This document shows, piece after piece, positions 1 to 9,554 of a stretch of DNA of 64,000 nucleotides. The DNA comes from a bacterium (lineage in GTDB: Bacteria > UBA8248): NCBI GenBank assembly GCA_965213625.1, contig CBDBZU010000004.1, positions 3,360,001 to 3,424,000 of the forward strand, written 5' to 3'. The notes under the pieces are model-generated. The model worked only from the letters and a program-made list of their open reading frames with translations, made no database searches and was not told the origin of the DNA. The position numbers were made by a program, and so were the translations under genes. Positions within the stretch are counted from its first letter, which is position 1; every line of letters starts with the position of its first letter.

Positions 1-4
1 GACG

Positions 5-1429
5 ATGCGCCAGTATTCGGGTTACGGAACCGCCGAGGAAACGAACCAGCGATACCGATTTCTGCTTGATGAGGGAAACACCGGACTTTCCGTCGCGCTC
101 GACCTTCCGACACAACTTGGACTCGACAGCGACAATGAAAAATCAGCCGGTGAAGTCGGCAAAGTCGGGGTAGCCATCGACTCGCTGGCGGATATGGAAA
201 CCATTTTTCAAGACATCCCGCTCGATAAGATCAGCACGTCTTTCACCATCAACTCAACGGCCGCCATCCTCTACGCCATGTACGTCGCGGTGGGGAAGAA
301 ACAAGGTGTTTCGCCCGCTCAATTAACCGGCACCATTCAGAACGATATCCTGAAAGAATACGTTTCCCGCGGCACGTGGATTTTTCCGCCCGAGCCATCT
401 TTAAGGCTGATAGTAGATACTGTTGAATATGGCGTGAAAAACACCCCGAGGTTCAACACCATCAGCGCTGCGGGCGCTCATTTCAGGGACGCCGGCGCAA
501 CCGCCGTCCAGGAAGGCGGTTTCACTCTCGCTGACGCCATTGTTTACGTGGAAAGATGCCTGGAACGTGGGCTTGACATCGACGAGTTCGCCCCCAGGCT
601 CAGTTTTTATTTTTACACCCACATGGATTTTTTCGAAGAAATCGCAAAATACAGGGCCATGCGGACGCTTTGGGCCAAAATCATGCGTGAGCGCTTTGGC
701 GCCAAAAACGAGAGAAGCCGGCTGTTCCGTTTCGGCGTCGTTTGCGGCGGCAGCACACTCACCGCGCAAGAGCCCGAGAACAATATCGTCAGGGTCACCT
801 ACGAAGCGCTGTCCGCCGTGCTCGGCGGCGCCCAGACCATCTTCACTTGCGCTTATGACGAAGCGCTCGCTTTGCCGACCGAGGATAGCGCCCTCCTCGC
901 CCTGCGCACCCAGCAGATCATTGCCCATGAAAGCGGCGTGCCCGATGTAGCGGACCCATTCGGTGGTTCATATTTTTTGGAAAATTTGACTTCTCAAATG
1001 GAAGATGGAATGGCGCAGATTATCGAAGATGTGGAAGAGCGCGGTGGAATGGTCGAGTGTATCCAGCGGGGCGCAGTGCAAAAGTGGATAGCAGAGAGCG
1101 CTTTCCGCTGGCAAAAAGCGGTGGATGCACAAGAGCAGACTATCGTCGGCGTCAATAAATATGTGAGAGAGGAACCCCTCGCACAGGAAATATTCACGAT
1201 AGATTCTAAACTCGAAGAACGCCAGAAGAAACAGCTGAAAAAATTGAAGAAAGAGCGAGACGCCTCGCAGGCGGAGCAGAGTCTCAGACGTCTCGAAGAA
1301 GCCGCCAGAGGTGATGAGAATCTCATGGACCCCATTTCCGAGGCGGTGGAAGCATACGCCACCATCGGGGAGATAACGGACGTGCTGCGCGGCGTTTTTG
1401 GAGAATTTCAAGAGCCTGTTGCTTTCTGA
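5..1429 (+). CDS. Methylmalonyl-CoA mutase family protein, large (TIM-barrel) subunit; 5' end truncated by the window
   Basis: MRQYSG, GLSVALDLPTQLG, GEVGKVGVAIDS, GTIQNDILKEY, DEALALPT and LRTQQIIAHE motifs; no B12-binding domain at the C-terminus. Confidence 0.92.
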   Translation: MRQYSGYGTAEETNQRYRFLLDEGNTGLSVALDLPTQLGLDSDNEKSAGEVGKVGVAIDSLADMETIFQDIPLDKISTSFTINSTAAILYAMYVAVGKKQGVSPAQLTGTIQNDILKEYVSRGTWIFPPEPSLRLIVDTVEYGVKNTPRFNTISAAGAHFRDAGATAVQEGGFTLADAIVYVERCLERGLDIDEFAPRLSFYFYTHMDFFEEIAKYRAMRTLWAKIMRERFGAKNERSRLFRFGVVCGGSTLTAQEPENNIVRVTYEALSAVLGGAQTIFTCAYDEALALPTEDSALLALRTQQIIAHESGVPDVADPFGGSYFLENLTSQMEDGMAQIIEDVEERGGMVECIQRGAVQKWIAESAFRWQKAVDAQEQTIVGVNKYVREEPLAQEIFTIDSKLEERQKKQLKKLKKERDASQAEQSLRRLEEAARGDENLMDPISEAVEAYATIGEITDVLRGVFGEFQEPVAF

Positions 1430-1531
1430 AGACTCACCACGTCCGTCGGCTTGCCCAACAAGGCAAAACACGGAATAATCACGGACTGAGAAAAACAATC
1501 AATCGCAAAAAATATAACTCTAGAATCCCAT

Positions 1532-3430
1532 GTGGCATATTCATCGGAGGCAGGCAGAAAAATGTGGACAGACGCCAAAAACGGGAACAACTCGGCAACT
1601 GATTACAAGTACAGAAGCGCAACCGTTGAGCTGAGTAGCGGAAGCATCACGATAGAAGACAAATCCTGTGAGGATTTGGAGGATTTTCTGGGCGGGATCG
1701 GCAGGATATTCAAGATTCTTTCCCATCACGACGTATCTGATCCCTATGCCCCCTCCGCCCCGCTCGTCATGGAACTGGGCTGCTTCTCGGGCACGAATCT
1801 CATGACCGGGCTGAGAACCTTCTTCGGCGGCTACAGTCCGCTTAAGAGCACGCTCGCAGGCGCTCCTTCCGCCATGTATTCGGCGGGTTCGGGCAAATTC
1901 GGAACCAAGGTCGCCTGTGCGGGCATCGATGAAATCATCTTTACCGGCAGGAGCGAGAAGCCCGTCACTTTGGTTATCAAGAGCGATACTCTGGGCGGTC
2001 CGCCGAGCCTGGAACTTGTGGACGCTTCTCCTCTCGTGGGTCAGGATTCGCATGAAAAAATGATGGCGCTCGCCGATGAATACAACGACGCGCACTTCGC
2101 CGTCATCGGCCCGCCGGGGGAGAATTTTGAAACGAACCGCATGGCGTCCATCGTTCTGAGCACGGAAAACCAGCTCAAAACGAGAGAATGCAAGCCGAGA
2201 TTCTGCGGACGCGGCGGTTTCGGCGGCGTGATGGGTTCCAAAAACCTCATCGCTATCGTCGCGCAGGCGCCGGACGACAAAGCCGCCGTCACGAATGTCG
2301 TCAAAGAGGCGAACAAGGTCATCTCACGGGGCGCAGGTTCCAAGAACTACCGAGACGCCCACAAGGCCGACGGCGGCGGCGGCACCTGGAGAAATATCGC
2401 GGGTCTCCACCCCATGGGCTGTCTCCCCGAGAGAAACTTCTGGGCCCCGGGAAACGATGAAGCCGTTCAACTGTACCGGGGCAGTTTTGAAGAACCCTAC
2501 GTCATCAAGGATGAATCCTGCTTCAAGTGCGGCATCGCATGCCATAAAAACATCTACGACAGGCCCGAGGGCGAGACGGCCGAAGGCAGGCGGGCGAAGA
2601 AAGGGAAATTCAGGGTCAAGTTCGACTATGAGCCGCTCGACCTCATCACGGCGAACTGCGGCGTCTACGATGCGGAAGAATCCCTGGACCTCGTCGAACT
2701 GGGTGATCGCATGGGCTACGACGCCATCAGCCTGGGCGCAACAATCAGCTACGCCATGGAGTGGAACGAGCGAAACCCCGACAAACCCGTGCTCGACGAT
2801 ATCCGTTTCGGCGACGCCAAGAAGATGGATGAATTGATTCGCAAAGCGGCGGCGGGCGAGTGCGAAGAACTGGCCCAGGGCACCATGCGTCTGGCCCAGC
2901 AGTGCGGCGACCTATCTTTCGCCATGCAGGGCAAGGGCCTCGAATATCCCGCCTATCTGCCCGAAACCAACCCCGGCTACCCCTGGGCGCTGGCCGGCGG
3001 CCACATGAGCATGCGCACGTTCCTGCTCCTCATCCTCGATGGCCAGCAGACGGACATCGACTATTGGGAAAACGCCATCCAGAACGGCATCTACTACACG
3101 AGGGACGACCTCATCGGGACTTGTAAATTCGCAGGCGCGCCCAACGAGAATATCGTCGACAGCCTGAACGACATGTTCGGCGTCTCATTGACCGAAGAAA
3201 ACGTGAACCAGGCGATTCGGCGTTCCTACCTGAGAGGGCGTCTGCTGGAGAAAAAGGTGGGCTATACTGACGAGGAATACGACGTGCCCTCCCGCGTGTA
3301 TGAAGGGGCAAATGAAAACGTCAAAATGCCCAGTTTCATGACGCGCGAGTTCATGGACGAATTGAAAAAACGGACCGAGGCGAATTGGGACAGGCTTACG
3401 GAAGAAGAGGGAATCGCCCTTCCCGCCTAA
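1532..3430 (+). CDS. Aldehyde:ferredoxin oxidoreductase (AOR/WOR family, W/Mo-pterin); start may be 1562
   Basis: FLGGIG, SPL, GKFGTKV..AG.D.IIFTG, GRGGFGGVMGSKNL, CFKCGIAC (4Fe-4S), DRMGYDAISLG, KGLEYPAYLP. Confidence 0.9.
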   Translation: MAYSSEAGRKMWTDAKNGNNSATDYKYRSATVELSSGSITIEDKSCEDLEDFLGGIGRIFKILSHHDVSDPYAPSAPLVMELGCFSGTNLMTGLRTFFGGYSPLKSTLAGAPSAMYSAGSGKFGTKVACAGIDEIIFTGRSEKPVTLVIKSDTLGGPPSLELVDASPLVGQDSHEKMMALADEYNDAHFAVIGPPGENFETNRMASIVLSTENQLKTRECKPRFCGRGGFGGVMGSKNLIAIVAQAPDDKAAVTNVVKEANKVISRGAGSKNYRDAHKADGGGGTWRNIAGLHPMGCLPERNFWAPGNDEAVQLYRGSFEEPYVIKDESCFKCGIACHKNIYDRPEGETAEGRRAKKGKFRVKFDYEPLDLITANCGVYDAEESLDLVELGDRMGYDAISLGATISYAMEWNERNPDKPVLDDIRFGDAKKMDELIRKAAAGECEELAQGTMRLAQQCGDLSFAMQGKGLEYPAYLPETNPGYPWALAGGHMSMRTFLLLILDGQQTDIDYWENAIQNGIYYTRDDLIGTCKFAGAPNENIVDSLNDMFGVSLTEENVNQAIRRSYLRGRLLEKKVGYTDEEYDVPSRVYEGANENVKMPSFMTREFMDELKKRTEANWDRLTEEEGIALPA

Positions 3431-3445
3431 GCAACTGAGCTAAAA

Positions 3446-3487
3446 CAAGAACGCCCTCCAGGCTGATCCTTGGGGGGCGTTTTCTTG
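3446..3487. terminator. Intrinsic terminator between convergent AOR and queE
   Basis: caagaacgccctcca-N10-tggggggcgttttcttg stem-loop with T-run. Confidence 0.7.
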
Positions 3488-3522
3488 TCACCGGATACTA
3501 TCGAATACCCTGTTGCCTGAGG

Positions 3523-4227
3523 TTAGACCCCGCGCTTGTCACCCCACAGCATGACGTGCAGCCTGGGAGTGAACCGAAAGCCTCGATTCATCGCAGGCTC
3601 CGCCAGGGCGAACAGCCTGTGCTCCATCTGCTCGCGCGTTTTGCCTCCCGGAGAAATGATGACGCGGCTTCGCGGGAAATCACCTAGGCTATATTTTATG
3701 AGAACAGACTCGACTTCATCGAGTTCATCCGCCCGGTGAACCACGAATTTGAGGTAGGGTTCTTTGGCTCGGCGCAGCCAGTCGAGGGTAGTCGACTGTT
3801 TTTTCTCTGAAATCTGGGCTGACTGTAGTTTTGGCGAGACGTTCCATTGGTCCACCCGCTCGAGGAGGTCTTCAGACGGCGGGATGTGGCCCGCCGTTTC
3901 CACCTCCACCCTTAAACCCGCGGCATCGAGGGCCTCGATTAGCGTTGGGAACTGCGGGGATTCCAGAGGTTCTCCCCCCGTCACCACCACCTGGGCGCCT
4001 TCGTGTTCCTCACAAAAACCCAGGATTTCCGCTATCGTTCTCTCCTCGACGGGAGGCCCCGACCAGGAATACTTCGTATCGCACCACACGCAGCCCACAG
4101 AGCAGCCCATGAGGCGAATGAAGATTGACGGTCGGCCGATGGTCGCGCCCTCTCCCTGTAAAGAGAAAAAAAGCGGATCCGCAAGCGAAACCCTGAAATC
4201 CGCTTTTCCCTTGAGTTTTATCATCAC
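3523..4227 (-). CDS. queE: 7-carboxy-7-deazaguanine synthase (radical SAM)
   Basis: FFSLQGEG, FIRLMGCSVGCVWCDTKYSW, VTGGEPL, VETAG, SPK, PRLHVMLWGDKRGV. Confidence 0.92.
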   Translation of the reverse strand: MMIKLKGKADFRVSLADPLFFSLQGEGATIGRPSIFIRLMGCSVGCVWCDTKYSWSGPPVEERTIAEILGFCEEHEGAQVVVTGGEPLESPQFPTLIEALDAAGLRVEVETAGHIPPSEDLLERVDQWNVSPKLQSAQISEKKQSTTLDWLRRAKEPYLKFVVHRADELDEVESVLIKYSLGDFPRSRVIISPGGKTREQMEHRLFALAEPAMNRGFRFTPRLHVMLWGDKRGV

Positions 4228-4302
4228 GTCAGGTCCGCTTTTTCACCCTTGCTCAGAGGCTCTCGATGCCAGGGTCACAAGAGCAACAACGCTTATCCCC
4301 GA

Positions 4303-4584
4303 TTACCCCAACGCCGCCGCGACGATGAGCGCCACGCCGATGAAAATCGCGCCCACAACAATGCCAACCGCCCTGTTCTGATCTTTCGACAGCGCATCGT
4401 TTACCGAGAAGGGCGTGATCCACTCGAAAATCTTGTACCCGATCATCAACAGAGCGATGCCGACCAGGCCATAGACGATCGAAAGGAACAGGCCCGTGCC
4501 GATACCCATACGCGCCTCGCCCTGTGCGAGGGCCACGGCGGGCGTCATCAGGAGCAAAGCGGTTGCATATGAAAATTTTTTCAT
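4303..4584 (-). CDS. DUF350-like small membrane protein
   Basis: YGLVGIALL..GYKIFEWITPF.....L...N.AVGIVVGAIFIG pattern; SD AAGGAG upstream. Confidence 0.75.
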   Translation of the reverse strand: MKKFSYATALLLMTPAVALAQGEARMGIGTGLFLSIVYGLVGIALLMIGYKIFEWITPFSVNDALSKDQNRAVGIVVGAIFIGVALIVAAALG

Positions 4585-4615
4585 GTGAGAAACTCCTTGT
4601 TCAGTGACGGAAAAT

Positions 4616-5047
4616 TTAACGTCGCGACATCATTCGCATAATGAAAATCAAGATGAGGGGAAAGAGAAGCATCCGGCCCAGACCGAAGAGACCCATCCCG
4701 CCGAATCCCCATCCCCCCAGCATTCCCAAACCCATTCCCATGCCGAAACCGCCGAGCCCGCGCCGGCCCGCGAACCCCCGGCTGTAGCCCCGGCCATAGC
4801 CTCGTCTCGAAAATGAACGCGCGCCGAAAGAACGCATGCGCCCGAACCCGCCAAATGAACGGCCCCCGCCGAAACGCCTGGCTTCCGCAATGGATGGCTG
4901 CAGTACGAAGACGGCGGTGATGGCGGAGGCCCCTACGGCGCCGCGCACGATGTGCGTCATTGAGACGGGAGCAAGCGCAAAGAATGCGCCCGCAACAACG
5001 ACCGAGAGACAATACGCGGGGCGGAACGAGAATGGAGTTGTCTTCAA
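4616..5047 (-). CDS. Gly/Arg-rich membrane protein (AEARRFGGGRSFG type)
   Basis: Signal-like segment, ARRFGGGRSFGG, Gly-rich GMGLG stretch and C-terminal TM helix; start uncertain. Confidence 0.55.
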   Translation of the reverse strand: MKTTPFSFRPAYCLSVVVAGAFFALAPVSMTHIVRGAVGASAITAVFVLQPSIAEARRFGGGRSFGGFGRMRSFGARSFSRRGYGRGYSRGFAGRRGLGGFGMGMGLGMLGGWGFGGMGLFGLGRMLLFPLILIFIMRMMSRR

Positions 5048-5124
5048 TGCGGCCTCGCATCCGGGGCGGTCGAAACTACGGAAACAGCCTAGCAGGGCGT
5101 GCGCAATTTCTCAATCACCCGTTT

Positions 5125-5904
5125 TCAGTCCCACTTCCTGCCCGGCATGTGATTGTAGACGCTGTTCAGGATGCCGCCGTCGATATCGAGACGCGAAGCC
5201 GTGATCCAGTCGGATTCCTCGGACAGCAGGAACAAAATGCCGTGCGCGATGTCCACCGGCTGGCCCACGCGGCCGAGCGGCGTCACGTCGCTTCTGCCCT
5301 TTTTGATCTCGGGGTCCTGGAGATAGGCGGTGAGCGGCGTTTCCGTATGGCCGGGGCATACGGCGTTCACGCGAATCCCCTTGCGCGCCCACTCGATGCC
5401 CAGCTGCTTGGAGAGCATGATGATGCCCGCCTTCACCGTGCTGTATGCGCCCGACATGCCGTACGGCTGGACGCCTGCGTTAGACGATAGATTCACCATG
5501 ACGCCCGGCCTCTCGTTCTCTATCAGCCAGCGGCCCGCCGCCTGACACATCAGGAACATGCCCGTAAGACCGATGTCCACCACCATTTTCCAGCTCGCCA
5601 GAGGCAGGTCGACCAGCGGGGCGGGGTCCATCTTGATGGCGCAGTTCACGAGGTGGTTCAGGCCGCCGAACTCGCCCACAGCGCGCTCCACCGCCGCCTG
5701 GCAGGACGCCTCGTCCGACACGTCGAGCGTTTGAAATACCGCCTTCTCCTTGCCGAGCCTGGCTTCGAGTTCTACGCCCAGCTCATCGTTCACGTCGCCG
5801 ATGAGCACGCGGCCGCCCTGCTCCACATACATTTCACACGTCTTGGCGCCGATGCCCCGGGCGCCCCCTGCGACGATGCAGACATCTCCATCGAAACGGC
5901 CCAT
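5125..5904 (-). CDS. Short-chain dehydrogenase/reductase (SDR)
   Basis: GGARGIG, NLSS, YSTVK (YxxxK), IRVNAVCPG. Confidence 0.93.
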   Translation of the reverse strand: MGRFDGDVCIVAGGARGIGAKTCEMYVEQGGRVLIGDVNDELGVELEARLGKEKAVFQTLDVSDEASCQAAVERAVGEFGGLNHLVNCAIKMDPAPLVDLPLASWKMVVDIGLTGMFLMCQAAGRWLIENERPGVMVNLSSNAGVQPYGMSGAYSTVKAGIIMLSKQLGIEWARKGIRVNAVCPGHTETPLTAYLQDPEIKKGRSDVTPLGRVGQPVDIAHGILFLLSEESDWITASRLDIDGGILNSVYNHMPGRKWD

Positions 5905-5924
5905 AAGGAACCTCCTCTCTCAAG

Positions 5925-6725
5925 TCATTTATACTCGATTTTCCTGCCGCCCCAGTTTCGTCCGGGCGTATGAATCATCTTGCTCTCCACCTGCCCGCCA
6001 TCGATGGGCAGGTTCGCCGCCGTGATGTACCTCGCCCGCTCCGAGAGCAGGAACACGCACCCCTCCGCGATGTCCTCAGGCGTCGCCACGCGGCCCATCG
6101 GCACGACGGAGGCCCGCCCCGCCGCGATTTCCGGGTCCTGAAACATGGCCTCGGTCATCGGGGTGCGCACCTGGCCGGGCGAGACGGTGTTCGCGCGAAC
6201 GCCGCGTCCGCCCCACTCCACGCCGAAGAGCTTGCTGAGCATGATGGCCCCCGCCTTGCATACGCTGTATGCGCCCGCGAGGGGGTAGGTCTGCATGCCG
6301 CCGATGGAGGAGACGAAGACGATGGAGCCGCTCCCCTTCTCCAGCATCACCCGTCCCGCCGCCTGAGCGCAAAGAAAATAACCCTTTAGCCCGATATCCA
6401 TCACCATGTCCCAGTCGGCTTCCGGTAATTCCTCAAGCTTTCCGGGCACGAGCTTTATCGCGCAGCAGACGAGGCCGTCTATCGTGCCGAAGGCGTCTAA
6501 GGCCTCGGCCGTCATGCGCTCGGCATCGGCTTTTTTCGCCGTATCCATCTCGATGAGGATAGCCTGAACGCCTTGTTTTTCCACCATTTGGACCGTCTCG
6601 GCGGCGGTCTCGGGGTTGATGTCGGCGACGGCGACGTCGGCGCCCTCGGCGGCGGCGAGGAGGCACGTGGCGCGGCCGATGCCGCTGCCCCCTCCGGTGA
6701 CGATTACCTTCTTCCCCTCGAGCAT
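5925..6725 (-). CDS. Short-chain dehydrogenase/reductase (SDR), paralog of 5125..5904
   Basis: TGGGSGIG, YSVCK, VRANTVSPG; shares CAIK and H(M/T)PGR.W with its neighbour. Confidence 0.93.
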   Translation of the reverse strand: MLEGKKVIVTGGGSGIGRATCLLAAAEGADVAVADINPETAAETVQMVEKQGVQAILIEMDTAKKADAERMTAEALDAFGTIDGLVCCAIKLVPGKLEELPEADWDMVMDIGLKGYFLCAQAAGRVMLEKGSGSIVFVSSIGGMQTYPLAGAYSVCKAGAIMLSKLFGVEWGGRGVRANTVSPGQVRTPMTEAMFQDPEIAAGRASVVPMGRVATPEDIAEGCVFLLSERARYITAANLPIDGGQVESKMIHTPGRNWGGRKIEYK

Positions 6726-7283
6726 GGCGCGCGATCCTCCAAATTGTGGTTATTCAACGTGTTACGGCTCATCTGTGGCGCTGTGACCCGCATTCTACGC
6801 GAGAGAGGCCCCCTGGGCCAGCCCCGCGCTCACCCCCCCGGTTACGGCTCCATATCCCCTCATATTACAACGGCTTATGCGGGGCGCACGACGCTTTTTC
6901 AAGGGCTTCCGGGCGCTCGTTTTTTTACGGAAAAACACCGGTAATTTACAGATAAACCCCGTGAATTTATCGATATTTATGGAATTGTTTTCGCCGGTTC
7001 CGGCTAGGTGATGAGCGTACGCCGCGGGCGGTGGCGGCAACAGTCGCTGTGGGACCAACCCGCAAACCTCCTCCCCTCCCCCAAGGTTGTCCTTTTCTGT
7101 TCGACGGCTTCTGACAGGCGCCGGTTCCGGGAGGCTACGAGAAATTCGATTCCTCCGCGGTGCCTGCCCGCATGAAATCCTGCCATGCGCGCGAGGCCGC
7201 CCGGTGACGCCAATTGCGGGGAAATGCGCCTTGAACCTGACCGTCCCGGGGCAGAAGCGTTCGCCGACCGGGACGGGAGAGAT

Positions 7284-7313
7284 TTGACGAAGCGCGCGCG
7301 CTCTATTTATAGT
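7284..7313 (+). promoter_or_regulatory. Putative sigma70 promoter of small protein copy 1
   Basis: TTGACG-N18-TATAGT; equivalent motif precedes all three gene copies. Confidence 0.65.
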
Positions 7314-7375
7314 CGTATGCGACAGTCATGAACGTACGCGAGGATACCGAGGGACCCACATCCCGGGAGCTACGC

Positions 7376-7675
7376 ATGACGACATTCGAAAACCTCAGCC
7401 TCATCGCCGCTTACCTGAACCTCATCGCCCACTATATTGCCCTCGCTCTCATCTACTACGGCATCCGCACCATGGAGAAGGACGAGAAAATCCGCGATGA
7501 GAAGTCAAAACGCAGGCATGCCGAGTTCATGGCTAAGTCCAGTCGCAGGCACAACGAGTTCATGACCGACTCCCACCTCAGGAAAGAGGAGTCTGATCGC
7601 AGGCACGCCGAAGCCCGGAACAGGCAAGAGGAGTCCATGGCCGCCCTGCGCGCGCTCATCGAACGGACCAGGTAA
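7376..7675 (+). CDS. Small TM + coiled-coil repeat protein, copy 1 (99 aa; upstream in-frame ATG at 7328)
   Basis: GGGAG SD before MTTFENL; hydrophobic N-terminus, (E/D)S.RRH.E.M repeats, LIERTR end; three paralogs in the window. Confidence 0.75.
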   Translation: MTTFENLSLIAAYLNLIAHYIALALIYYGIRTMEKDEKIRDEKSKRRHAEFMAKSSRRHNEFMTDSHLRKEESDRRHAEARNRQEESMAALRALIERTR

Positions 7676-7754
7676 ACGAACCCTCATCCCTCAATCGCGT
7701 CGAACCCTCATCCCTCAATCGGGTTGGACCCACGAAAACCGCTAACGCCTCTTT

Positions 7755-7798
7755 CCTCACCCTGAGTAGCCGCCATCGGCGGCGTATCGAAGGGCGAG
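7755..7798 (+). repeat. Dispersed palindromic element CCTCACCCTGAGTAGCCGCC..GGCGGCGTATCGAAGGGCG (also ~8946, ~49652, ~50793)
   Basis: Near-identical copies; the 49652 and 50793 copies are followed by an inverted partner (..TCGATAC..CTACTC.GGATGAGG). Confidence 0.85.
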
Positions 7799-7912
7799 GG
7801 GCATTGAACGCCTCGCACCTGACGAGAGGGCATCCTTCTGACTGGCAAAGACCCCCTTTCAAGGGGCTGTTGAAAAAGCCTGTTTCGTTTGGGATTGACA
7901 TTAGCCTTTGCT

Positions 7913-8152
7913 CGTCATTCCGGCGAAAGCCGGAATCCATTTTCGCCTTTGTCTTTGGCCTTTCGCCCGGACGTTCTCGCTCCCGGCGAAGAAGATACGG
8001 ACGCCGCCACATATATCCGCCTCATCCGTTCCGGATTCAGGCGCGGCAAACGCTCTCTCCTCCGGTAGCGTTTGACCTCCCGCGAGTCGGAATCAAATGC
8101 GAAAACGAAAGCAAAAATCACAAAATGGATTCCGGCTTTCGCCGGAATGACG
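7913..8152. repeat. Unit bounded by ~30-bp inverted repeats CGTCATTCCGGCGAAAGCCGGAATCCATTT (second copy 9104-9343; single hairpin ~26235)
   Basis: 7913-7943 is the reverse complement of 8122-8152; each arm is itself a hairpin. Confidence 0.88.
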
Positions 8153-8441
8153 GTGGTTTTCCTTCATCAGAGGTCAAACGCGAGTGAGGAGGGAGGGCCA
8201 GACGCGAGTGAGAAGCGAGCGTTTGACCCTTTGTCGGGGTTGTTGAAAAAGCCCTGTTTCGGTAGCTGGCGACATGATGATCCCGTAGCGGACAGGCCCC
8301 TGCGCCTGTCCGAGGCCTCCGTGCCTGTCCTGATTGCAACCATCCTGCAAAAGGACAACCACGGAGGGCAGGACAACCCCGAGGAGGGAGGGTTTGACCC
8401 CTGAAATGGGAGCTGCTCCAGCACCCCCGAGGCGCGGGGAT

Positions 8442-8471
8442 TTGACGAAGCGCGCGCTCTCTATTTATATT
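8442..8471 (+). promoter_or_regulatory. Putative sigma70 promoter of small protein copy 2
   Basis: TTGACG-N18-TATATT. Confidence 0.65.
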
Positions 8472-8533
8472 CGTATGCAACTGTCATGAACGTACGCGAG
8501 GAAAATGATCGGCCCACATCCCGTGAGCTACGC

Positions 8534-8866
8534 ATGACGACGTTCGAAAACCTCAGCCTCATCGCCGCTTACCTCAACCTCATCGCCTCCTACGGCGGCC
8601 TCGCGCTCATCTACTACGGCATCCGCGTCATGGCCAAAGGCGCTGAATTGCGCGCGGCCGACTCCGAGCACAAGCACGCCGAAACAATGAAAGAGTCTGA
8701 TCGCAGGCACGACGAAGCCATGGCCGAATCCGAACGCAGGCACAACGAGTTCATCGCCGATTCCCGCCGCAGGGATGAGGAGTCGGTCCGCAGGCACGCC
8801 GAATCCATGGCCAGGCACGAGGAGTCCATGGCGGCCCTGCGCGCGCTCATCGAACGGACCAGGTAA
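8534..8866 (+). CDS. Small TM + coiled-coil repeat protein, copy 2 (110 aa; upstream in-frame ATG at 8486)
   Basis: Paralog of 7376..7675, 11 aa longer. Confidence 0.75.
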   Translation: MTTFENLSLIAAYLNLIASYGGLALIYYGIRVMAKGAELRAADSEHKHAETMKESDRRHDEAMAESERRHNEFIADSRRRDEESVRRHAESMARHEESMAALRALIERTR

Positions 8867-9515
8867 ACGAACCCTCATCCCTCAATCGCGTCGAACCCTC
8901 ATCCCTCAATCGGGTTGGACCCACGAAAACCGCTAACGCCTCTTTCCTCACCCTGAGTAGCCGCCATCGGCGGCGTATCGAAGGGCGAGGGGCATTGAAC
9001 GCCTCGCACCTGACGAGAGGGCATCCTTCTGACTGGCAAAGACCCCCTTTCAAGGGGCTGTTGAAAAAGCCTGTTTCGTTTGGGATTGACATTAGCCTTT
9101 GCTCGTCATTCCGGCGAAAGCCGGAATCCATTTTCGCCTTTGTCTTTGGCCTTTCGCCTGGACGTTCTCGCTCCCGGCGAAGAAGATACGGACGCCGCCA
9201 CATATATCCGCCTCATCCGTTCCGGATTCAGGCGCGGCAAACGCTCCCTCCTCCGGTCGCGTTTGACCTCCCGCGAGTCGGAATCAAATGCGAAAACGAA
9301 AGCAAGAATCACAAAATGGATTCCGGCTTTCGCCGGAATGACGGTGGTTTTCCTTCATCAGGGGTCAAACCCGACCGAGGAGGGAGGGTTTGACGCGATT
9401 GATGAATGAGCGTTTGACGCGAGTGATATAGGAGCGTTTGATTTATCCCCTCCAGGATACCAATGGCTGGGGGTCAATTCCGACTGAGGAAGGAGGAATT
9501 GAATTATTCTCACAC

Positions 9516-9554
9516 AAAAAGAGGCGGCCCCGTGAAGGGACCGCCTCTTCTTTT
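9516..9554 (-). terminator. Intrinsic terminator downstream of the lipoprotein pair (possibly bidirectional)
   Basis: aaaaagaggcggccccgtgaagggaccgcctcttctttt GC stem with A/T runs on both sides. Confidence 0.8.

Larger units (their letters stand above)
7281..9369 (+). repeat. Tandem direct duplication: copy 1 ~7281-8178, copy 2 ~8439-9369
   Basis: Promoter, small ORF and ~500 bp of downstream repeats recur; offset is 1191 bp downstream of the ORFs. Confidence 0.95.

Noticed and set aside
6960-7280. Structured ncRNA (6S-like CCTTGAACC, hairpin 7241-7277)
   Set aside because: No matching GGTTCAAG partner or long closing stem that I can see; needs an Rfam search
7281-9369. Diversity-generating retroelement (TR/VR pair)
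   Set aside because: Differences are not adenine-specific, include indels, and no reverse transcriptase is present
7656-9409. ORFs containing MDSGFRRND or WIPAFAGMT
   Set aside because: These are translations of the palindromic repeat, not credible genes
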